A DNA stretch of 33,153 nucleotides. Origin: Octopus bimaculoides. Its lineage: Eukaryota. The position numbers and the translations under genes are program-made. Of the stretch, positions 24,479 through 33,153 are shown piece by piece. The notes under the pieces were generated by a model, which ran no database searches, was not told the DNA's origin, and was given only the letters and a program-made list of their open reading frames with translations. The stretch's first letter is position 1. Each line of letters begins with the position of its first letter. Location: NCBI RefSeq assembly GCF_001194135.2, contig NC_068987.1, positions 78,348,114 through 78,381,266 on the forward strand, written 5' to 3'.

Positions 24479-25158
24479 AAGTGTCAAAAACTGATAAACC
24501 AATAAAAGGTTTTGCCCCTCATCACCTTACAAAGGCGATGAGGGACAAAAACTGCACATATGTCACATTACAGACGCAGTTCTAAAGAAATAAACACAGA
24601 CACAGACAAACAAACAGACAGACACATAGACACACATACACACACATAGACACACATAAACAAACACATTTACATACAAGACAGTTTAATCCAAAGTGAC
24701 TCTGGCCGAGAGATATAAACTTGGGAATGAAAAACTAACAATAACATTTCATGTCTTATCGCTGTTTCTCTCTCTCGAGAAGAAATACCAGTTGATCTGA
24801 GCGATATCAACTATTATCAAAATATTGAAGAAGAACGACAAATCACGGTATGGAAACTTCATAAGACTCTAGCTTTTGTCGGTAGCTAGAAAATGTTTGC
24901 TGAGAGTCCTGCTAGCAAGCTCATTTCATTATCAGCGAATTAGCTGCCTGAATCTCAATCTAGTTTTCAATATTCCAAAAGCATTATTTTATTATCTTCT
25001 CTGCTCTGTAGCCACATCATCATTTTGACAAAAGAGTTTACTCAGAAGAATTTCTGAACTAGTGAGTTCAGCTCACAGCACCCTCGATAGTCCGATAAAA
25101 TACCCACGTTAAGTAAGATATTTAGTATGCCATTCTAAAATGCTTCCGTCACTGATAG

Positions 25159-25314
25159 TGGTGGTGAAAGAGTACCGCAGGGTTCGCCACCATCCCCTGC
25201 CGGAGCCTCGTGTTTTCGCTCAATAAACACTCACAACGCCCGGTCTGGGAATCGAAACCGCGATCCTATGACCACGAGTCCGTTGTCCTAACCGCTGGGC
25301 CATTGCGCCTCCAC
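25159..25314 (-). mobile_element. family C tRNA-derived SINE
   Basis: The minus strand reads GTGGAGGCGCAATGGCCCAGCGGTTAGG (A box), then GGTTTCGATTCCCAGACC (B box), followed by non-tRNA sequence. Confidence 0.8.
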
Positions 25315-25339
25315 TCATACATACATATACAAACACATA

Positions 25340-25428
25340 TAGGACGGAATTCTTTCAGTTTCTAGGCTATGTTAGAAGACACTTGGCCAAGGTGCCACAC
25401 AGTGGGACTGAACTCTGAGCCATGTGGT
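25340..25428 (-). mobile_element. family B SINE fragment with deletions
   Basis: The minus strand reads CCACATGGCTCAGAGTTCAGTCCCACTGTGTGGCACCTTGGCCAAGTGTCTTCTA. Confidence 0.75.
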
Positions 25429-25499
25429 ATGTATTTAAGCTGAAGCACCAAGTGAGTGCGGTATTGTCCGCGCAACTCAAAGTAAGGTGAATAAAATCA

Positions 25500-25799
25500 A
25501 AATAAGTAACAGGATATCAAGAGGCAGTCCGTCCGTTTCAAACGGTTCCTTTTAATTGAAGAATGCAATCATTACACCAATTTAAATGCAGGGGGACACA
25601 TTAATATAATTTTACTTAAATTCGCTATTAGAGAATTTTTATAAAATTATATTAATGTGTCCAACTGATTAAAAAATTCTATTTATGCAGCTGAGGATAG
25701 CCCCGCATTTAGATTGATGTAATGATTGCATTGTTCAATTAAACGGAGCCGCTTGAAACGGTCGTACTGCATCACCTCTTGATATCCTGTTACTTATTT
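25500..25799. repeat. foldback / long inverted repeat (possible Penelope-like inverted terminal repeat or MITE)
   Basis: Outer arms 25500-25594 and 25701-25799 begin with 25 perfectly complementary bp (AAATAAGTAACAGGATATCAAGAGG). Inner perfect 21-bp arms lie at 25594-25614 and 25642-25662. Confidence 0.9.
25685..25772 (+). ncRNA. putative type I hammerhead ribozyme with long stem II
   Basis: AUGCAG (25685-90), CUGAGGA (25691-97), a 57-nt foldable stem II, GAAAC (25755-59), GGUC, GUA (25764-66), CUGCAU (25767-72). Stem I is a perfect 6 bp. The 10.1-11.1 pair is U.U, so activity is uncertain. Confidence 0.6.
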
Positions 25800-25892
25800 G
25801 TACTCTCTCTTTCCTTTCCTGAGCGTCCAATAATACTATCCATATCACGTCCTCACTTTGTTGTTTTTTTGTTTTTTTGTTATTGTTTTTTT

Positions 25893-25954
<62 letters not shown>

Positions 25955-27579
25955 CATACATACATGTATACATACATGCATTCGTACATATATACCTATA
26001 TATATGTACACACATACACAGATAAGTTCACTAGTCAGAGGTATACTCTTCCGCTCTCAACTCATTTGGGACAAATAAATAAATTTTAAGGCATCTAGTG
26101 GAAGATTTAAACCGAAAAGTGAGCTAAGCAGAACGTCAGATCTATACTTAAGCATCATCCAAAGAGCCATTATTTAGCGCTGGCCATTTTCCTCCTATTT
26201 AATTTAAATACCTAATTCTGAACGAATGTCTCGCTAAGATTTTCAACACCCACTTCTTTAATCCTTTTTAAACATTTTTATATATACGTTCAATGTTTTA
26301 CAATTCACCACCAACCCTAACAAAATGCTTTACTCCCTAAGTAAGGTATTTTCTTTTTGATTGTTCCCTTTTCTTTGTATTTCTTTTTAACGCTTTGAAC
26401 TAAAACAATAGCAATGCCGGATTAAATTTCTTGTTTTGGAATCATGATGCCTCGTTGATAGTATTAATTTCTTTAGTCAACAGCTATTTAGGTGAGCTAG
26501 TACACATTTGCTATTCATCAAGGAAAGACAACATCCACGCCCATTTTGCTCGTCTACTTTAACGTTTAAAAGCATAAAAGAATGGCCGCCCTTGCCGCCA
26601 TCTGCAATCAATCAACAGTGACATGAGAGAGGAGGAGTCATAAAAGACTACACGATGCAATAACACTCATTTTGTCAATGGCTTCACCCTTATAAATGTT
26701 CTAATCTTTGACTTTCACCACTAATCAATTATTATTTACACTGCTGTCTTTTCCCCCACACTGGGCGGGCTGCATGTTGAAAATAAATATTATGATGCTA
26801 TCGCTTGTACCTCGTTGCGGTTGACTAAATATTATGGCAGTTAAAGTGAAGAATTAGAGTTGACAGACACACTCTCGAGTCTTAATGTTTATTGGCGGCG
26901 GGCTGCCAATTGTTAAGGTTGAAAGAAAATAATACATTTAAAACCGCAGCCACTCAGTTGACTCCTTTACAAAAGCTATAAATAAGCGTTTAATTATCTT
27001 AGAAGTACAGGTGAATAAAAGGTTAATGATCCGTTAATAAACTACGGAAAAATAGAGGCGTTAAGATTATAATAAGCCATTTTCATAAGACAGTTGCTCG
27101 CCTGCCTGGCTTTCTCATCGCCTTACGTTGCTACTGTTACTATGTCAGGGTGTAATGAAGATGATATTTTAAAAGTAAATTGGGGTTGATGCTGTGACGG
27201 CTTAATCGTGTTGACAAGACAGATGAAATAGCGAAGAATTACTTAGTGGTTGCCCAAACAGCTTGACAAACAGCAAATATTTTGAAGATAAATAAACGCA
27301 AGGTATTGTTGGAGAGTAATAACTGTAGGATGAATGACAGATATTTGAAAGTAAGAAATAATTAATATAAAAGAGTAAAAAAAAAAGGAACGGAATTAAT
27401 CGCAGGGAAAATAGTACAAAATAAATCGAAATATGAGAACAAATAAATTATTAAAATGATCAAAGACAGAATGCGGTCCATGATCTATCTATCTATCTAT
27501 CTATCTATCTATGTGTGTGTGTGCGCGCGCGCGCGCGTGTTTCTGTCTGTTTATCTGTCTGACTGTCTATCTACCCTGC

Positions 27580-27644
<65 letters not shown>

Positions 27645-28074
27645 NNNNNNNNNNNNNNNNNNNNNNNNNNNNNNNNNNNNNNNNNNNNNNNNNNNNNNNN
27701 NNNNNNNNNNNNNNNNNNNNNNNNNNNNNNNNNNNNNNNNNNNNNNNNNNNNNNNNNNNNNNNNNNNNNNNNNNNNNNNNNNNNNNNNNNNNNNNNNNNN
27801 NNNNNNNNNNNNNNNNNNNNNNNNNNNNNNNNNNNNNNNNNNNNNNNNNNNNNNNNNNNNNNNNNNNNNNNNNNNNNNNNNNNNNNNNNNNNNNNNNNNN
27901 NNNNNNNNNNNNNNNNNNNNNNNNNNNNNNNNNNNNNNNNNNNNNNNNNNNNNNNNNNNNNNNNNNNNNNNNNNNNNNNNNNNNNNNNNNNNNNNNNNNN
28001 NNNNNNNNNNNNTATATATATATATAGCGGGATAGATAGATAGTCAGACAGATAGATAAACTGACAGACAGACA

Positions 28075-28113
<39 letters not shown>

Positions 28114-28309
28114 ACACGCACAAATGAATAAATGATTATGTTATGAACATCATACACATGTTTCTGCTATAAGATGCGGTGCACTTATAGTTAAGTACCT
28201 GAATAACAACTTATAGCTTCATCGGAGCAATTTATTTAGAAAAAAATAAATTTGTGCCTCGTTGTAGCGGGACAAAAACGACCCCTCCATACATTCCAGT
28301 GGTTTCCTT

Positions 28310-28405
28310 TACCAAATCACTAGGTTATGGTAACGTAGACAAAACATCACCGGTTTTTAAGTGGCGTTGGAGGACAACCACACAAATACACGCATACATA
28401 CATAT
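28310..28405 (-). mobile_element. degenerate 3' module of family B SINE
   Basis: The minus strand reads GTTGTCCTCCAACGCCACTTAAAAACCGGTGATG..CTACGTTACCATAACCTAG, similar to 11820-11890. Confidence 0.55.
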
Positions 28406-28697
28406 TGTGCGTTTATTCAATAATCATAGGTTTAGTTTGAATAGTTTCCATGTATCAGGCATGCCGTACCGTTTGATTAATAATGTTTTTCACTGTGTGT
28501 GCAGTTTGGTCGTTATATTTATGTTATTAATGTCTCGTAATTCGGAGGATTTTTTCATACCAATATTATATTATAATATATATGTATATGTTTATTTCAT
28601 TATATTTATTGATTTATTAATTTTTTTATTTCTCATTAGAAATTTATTCACTTAATTTATTTTATATCATAAGATATAGATTCAATGAATATTATTT

Positions 28698-28885
28698 TCT
28701 ACTCTAAGCACACGGCCAGAAATTTTTGGGGAGAGAGCAGTCGATAAGATCGACCCCAGTACGTAATTGGTACTTAATTTATCGACTCCGAAAGGATGAA
28801 GGCAAAGTCGACCTCGACAGAATTTGAACTCAAAACGTAAAGACATACAAAATACCGCTAAGCATTTCGCCCGGCATGCTAATAT
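28698..28885 (-). mobile_element. family A SINE, head slightly truncated
   Basis: Central domain, B box and GGCC..GTGCTTAGAGTAG tail are present. Confidence 0.85.
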
Positions 28886-28889
28886 TCCT

Positions 28890-29095
28890 TATTTCTTTAT
28901 TGCCCTACAAGGGGCTAAACATAGGGGGCCAAACAAGGAGAAACAAAGGGATTAAGTCGATTACATCGACCCCAGTGCATAGCTGGTACTTGATTTATCG
29001 ACCGCGAAAGGATAAATGGCAAAGTCGACCTCGGCAGACGAAATACCGCTAAGCATTTCGCCTGGCGTGCTAACGTTTCTGTCAGCTCGCCGCCT
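28890..29095 (-). mobile_element. family A SINE variant with a different 3' tail and a deleted B box
   Basis: The head and central domain are intact. The tail reads CCCTTTGTTTCTCCTTGTTTGGCCCCCTATGTTTAGCCCCTTGTAGGGCAATAAAG. The GAATTTGAACTC block is missing at 29032-29035. Confidence 0.85.
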
Positions 29096-29349
29096 CATAT
29101 ATTCGATGGATATCATCTATCTTTGTCTTTCCCTTTGCTCATGTTTCGGGGTCATTGGCTAAAAGGTGTATTGTTTCACTGGAATATATTCGGCTCGTTT
29201 TCGCCGCGGTTTCATGTCTATGTTATAGAATGAGAACATATTATAGAATGAGAACATATATATCTTTGTTAATAAATCTATATATTTGAAATTCTAGTTT
29301 TGTTGTTCCGTGTGTTGTTATTATTATGTTATGTATCGGTGATTCAGTA

Positions 29350-29850
29350 GGAATTGCTCAGTACGTTTAGTTCGCCAGTTCCATAATATAATATAATTTT
29401 TGGGATCACAATGTCGTTTTTGGTAGGACTTTTCTTAGTCATATAAGTTCTGTTTTTTTTAATTTTTTCATTTCTAGCTTTATAGCTATAAGTTAGTATT
29501 ATTTTGTCTATATAATGTTTTGAAATAGGAAAGTGTTGGCGTAATGCGTATATTACGCTCATATGTCGCTCTTGCTGCTGGTCTATTACTTTACCGGCAG
29601 AGTATGTTTGTAACATTGTTGACACCACCGGATGAAATCATACTGCCCAGGTGTCGAAACCATAGTGGTTTCTGTTAGGTAGCTGAAGATGGAAATTTAT
29701 GTTTGGTATGCCTGTTTGTGAATCATTTATATCTTGTTATTCTGAGCTGTCCGTCATTCTCGTAAGTTTGAGCATATTCATGGGTTTATGGTTTATGATG
29801 ATTACATGTATTGATATTGCTTGACAGGCTCCATGGATAATCTCATCATA
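29350..29850 (-). mobile_element. possible heavily decayed non-LTR reverse transcriptase fragment
   Basis: One minus frame is mostly open for about 180 codons. Motif-like pieces FRHLGSMISSGG, NRPAARATY and VIPKIILYYG resemble RT domain 7/thumb (FKYLGS.., RIAxARAAF, xLLYG). The match is weak. Confidence 0.3.
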
Positions 29851-29918
29851 CATAGTACTTAATAAATAGCTTCTTGTTTTGGGAGGTTCTGTAACACACG
29901 CATACACATGTATGTATA

Positions 29919-29954
<36 letters not shown>

Positions 29955-30215
29955 TNNNNNNNNNNTGTATGTATGTATGTATGTATGTATGTATGCATGT
30001 GTACGTGTGTTTGCAAATAATGTTTTAGTGTCCCTGTGCGTTTGCGAGCGAGCGCCTGTAAAGATTATTTAAAATAAAATTTGTTTTCGCGATTCGATAA
30101 ACCCTAATATTGTTCATGGGTTCCAGCGACAATGACAATGATTGGAAGAATCACTACAAATGTGTACAGAAACTAATTTCCTTTATATTACACAATAAAG
30201 ATAAAGATAAACAAG

Positions 30216-30284
<69 letters not shown>

Positions 30285-30730
30285 ATATATATACAAACAA
30301 TTATATGCATATACGAATGTGTGTGTATGCGAGTGTATATACTGACGTAAGACGCATTTGTACATGTGTATATATTCTACCTAGAATTAATTACTAGCCT
30401 TGACTATGTCAAGATGGTTTTTTTATGTATTCTTCTTTCCCACTTAGATTTTAAATGTTGTCACAACAGTAATATGGCCATTCTGCTGAAATCTTCAGTA
30501 AATTTTCTATGTCCTTGTGGAGTTGAAGATTGCTCTGCATTTTGCATTTAATGTAATGCTCGCATTACTTAAATAAATGGAGTAGCATGAAACGTACGTA
30601 CTGCAATAACCTTTAAAATCCGTGTTGCTTTTTTTTTATTTTTGATCACCTTGTTTTTGGAATTGTTTGCATAATACCATACTATATTCTGGTGCCTAAA
30701 CTTAAGTGCCACATTCAATTNNNNNNNNNN

Positions 30731-30763
<33 letters not shown>

Positions 30764-30834
30764 ACATATATACATCGTGAAATATATTTGCCACCTAAAT
30801 ATGGCTGACAAGGGTTTGCGCTACTGTAGCCTGT

Positions 30835-30983
30835 AGCCCCAGGAACTTGTACTTAATTTATCGACCCCGAAAGGATGACACACAAAGTCGACCCCGGTGA
30901 ATTCGAACTCGGAACGTAGCGGCAGACGAAATACCTCTAAGCATTTCGCCCAGCATGCTAACGTTTCTGCCAGCTCACCGCCT
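30835..30983 (-). mobile_element. family A SINE, tail-truncated
   Basis: Head GGCGGTGAGCTGGCAGAAACGTTAG and B box GAGTTCGAATTC. Confidence 0.85.
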
Positions 30984-31016
30984 TTCTTCACTCGTTTATT
31001 ATTGTTCTTATTTATC

Positions 31017-31095
31017 GACCCTAACATCCACGTGTATCCTCCTGCTTCGCTTAGGCCATTATCGGAGCAGGAGGATACTTGTGGTTGGAAGGGTC
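31017..31095 (+). ncRNA. symmetric 79-nt hairpin with pri-miRNA-like geometry
   Basis: 31017-31049 pairs with 31063-31095 without bulges. The upper 16 bp are uninterrupted (one G.U) and the loop is 13 nt. There is no expression evidence. Confidence 0.3.
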
Positions 31096-31329
31096 ACTGA
31101 AGAGATCACAAAGGTATAACGAAAGATTTCCAGTCAATGAACATAAGATAAAATAAGAACAATAATTAACGAATGTCTTTTGCCGATTTATTAAGTATAT
31201 GCTTCTCTGTTTATCTCTCATTCTATCTCCACACGCATATCCATACAAACACATATATGTAAATATAAACAGTCGCCGTTTTGGACCGCTGAGAAAAGTT
31301 TTTTTTTCACTCTCTCTGTTTATTTTCAC

Positions 31330-31470
31330 TTAGTCCTTTCTGGTGAAGTGCGTAGGCTTAAAACGTAAAATGCTTTTTTTTATATTTCCCGAGTGTCAAA
31401 CTAATACACTTGCTTGTAGTTCATACACCTGCCTTCGTCTTTCGTTTTTCTACAAATTTCAACTATATGT
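31330..31470 (+). mobile_element. probable Penelope-like element terminal-repeat remnant with a decayed hammerhead motif
   Basis: CTGGTGAAGTGCGTAGGCTTAAAACGT resembles CUGAnGA-AGAGC-GUAG-GCUC-GAAACGU. The downstream AAACTAATAC..CACCTG.CTTCGTCTT resembles an octopus repeat from memory. Confidence 0.4.
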
Positions 31471-31536
31471 GAAACTATAAATTTACCTCCCCCCTCTCTC
31501 TCCACACACACATGCACATGCAAATAAGATAGCATA

Positions 31537-31672
31537 ATATTGGTTTCAAATTCTGGCACAAGGCCAGTAATTTTAGGGAAGTGGCTAAGTCGATTGCTGG
31601 TACTTATTTTATCGACTCTGAAAGGATGAAAGGCAAATTTAACCTGGCCGAAAATTGAACTCAAAACGAAAA
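31537..31672 (-). mobile_element. family A SINE, head-truncated, with internal deletion
   Basis: TTGGTTTCAAATTCTGGCACAAGGCCAG..CTGGTACTTATTTTATCGACTCTGAAAGGATGAAAGGCAAA..TTGAACTCAAAACG. Confidence 0.8.
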
Positions 31673-33153
31673 AACGGTGGAGTATGTTATAATATCAAAC
31701 ATGGTAATATACGTGTATTTTCATATAACTTCAAAACACCACACATTTCCAAAAATTAGTACTTTTTTGCACAAATGACCTCTTAATGATGTATCAACGA
31801 GGTCACAACCGCTGCCATGAATTTTATTGACACCATAACAATGAACAACTAATGTAAGCAATATCCTTCATTATCTTTCTATCTATCTATCTATCTATCT
31901 ACTTACGTACATGTATGTGTGTGTAATACACACATGTACAGGCATAGTATCATTAGAAAGTAAGAATGAAATGAATCTTAGGATGGTCGAAGAAAAAAAA
32001 CTACGGTCAGAATGTGTTAAACTGAGAGCTCAAATGTATAGGTAGGTGATAGAAAAATGTGAGCAATGTATGTTATGGTGATAATGACTATGGAACAAAA
32101 GCAAGCAAATTAAGAACTGAAGAAAAAGATGGCTAAAGCATTGTAAGCTTTGTTCCACTACTTTTGTAGTTTGACGATAAGGAGGGACCGTATGATTTGA
32201 GAAAATTGGCCAAGAAACCGTAATGAATATCATCAGAGAAACTAATTGCGTTAAATGTCATTTCTTAAAAATACATATTGCCATGACGTATATACATGTA
32301 AGCATATGCATATATGTATATATGTGCGTGTGTGTGTGTGTGTATATTTATGTATGTATATGTATATGTATATACGTATATGTATATATATATATTTGTA
32401 ATATGTATGTATGTGTATATGCATGAATGTATGTGTGGATGTATGTCGCAAGAAGTATTCTGTTGCTCAGGAATGAAAAGCAAAAGAAAAAAAAACTATA
32501 TGGGAGATACTCATAATGAATGAATAAATAATTCAATAATTGGCAGCACGATGGAGATAATGATTCCAAGATGAAAAATGGAACCCAGTAAAGAAGCAGT
32601 TATTAATAGTTAGTCACTCCCTTTCTTATAACATTTATTGCTTCTTGTCATCATGTTTTTTCAGTATACACTATTGTTCACTTTGAATACACAGACGCAT
32701 AGACAGACACACGCATGTACGTATATATATATGGTAGTTAAAGTTCATTACTGGTTCATGACCGCTAAGTTTCATACGGGTGACGATAATCGTCAGTTGG
32801 ATAATGAACGAAGAATTGTATTTAAGTAATAGTTATGATGTCGTATTCTGTATCGACGGTGACATGTTAGTCAATGTCATAGCATTATGACTGATCATGA
32901 TGATACATCCCGCCGTTATGAGTTAATTTGCAGTAGTCTAAAGAAAGTGTATGATTGAAGGTAAAGTGGTTAGTGGTTGGCCAACCTCGCCGTGCTTAAA
33001 TATATACTTGAGCAAAGTTCACACTATCAATGAGCCCCTAACCCAAATGCACAAACACACAGGGACACAAATACACACAAACACACACACACGTAATGGA
33101 GCACAAGGTCTCTTTCATTCTTTTGTTGTCTTGCTATTTCTATCAATATATAT

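Noticed and set aside
25260-25314. tRNA-like head with A and B boxes (also the heads of families A and B)
   Set aside because: It continues into SINE body sequence and lacks a closed acceptor stem, so it is not a tRNA gene.
29223-29258. 18-bp tandem duplication TTATAGAATGAGAACATA x2
   Set aside because: Ordinary slippage duplication with no further structure.

Overview
AT-rich, microsatellite-dense, gapped animal genomic DNA. It is almost certainly octopus (O. bimaculoides-type short-read scaffold), judged from repeat families I recognise from memory, not from a database search. I find no host gene, rRNA or true tRNA that I can support; the ORF track is essentially microsatellite, gap or chance ORFs plus transposon debris. 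The window contains: (1) about 20 copies or fragments of three tRNA-derived SINE families; (2) a decayed hAT transposase (13020-15578, +) split by two SINEs; (3) a decayed HERO-like REL retrotransposon (about 19757-20663, -); (4) an RTE LINE fragment (23668-24478, +); (5) a 121-bp R4/Dong 3' end sitting inside a (TAA)n microsatellite; and (6) several structured-RNA candidates. The best candidates are a type I hammerhead ribozyme with intact core (25685-25772, +) inside a 300-bp foldback element, and a symmetric 33-position pri-miRNA-like hairpin (31017-31095). Several more decayed hammerhead-like cores suggest Penelope-like element or retrozyme remnants. I cannot claim a new biological system; these are testable candidates. 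Family assignments rest on hand translation and remembered motifs.
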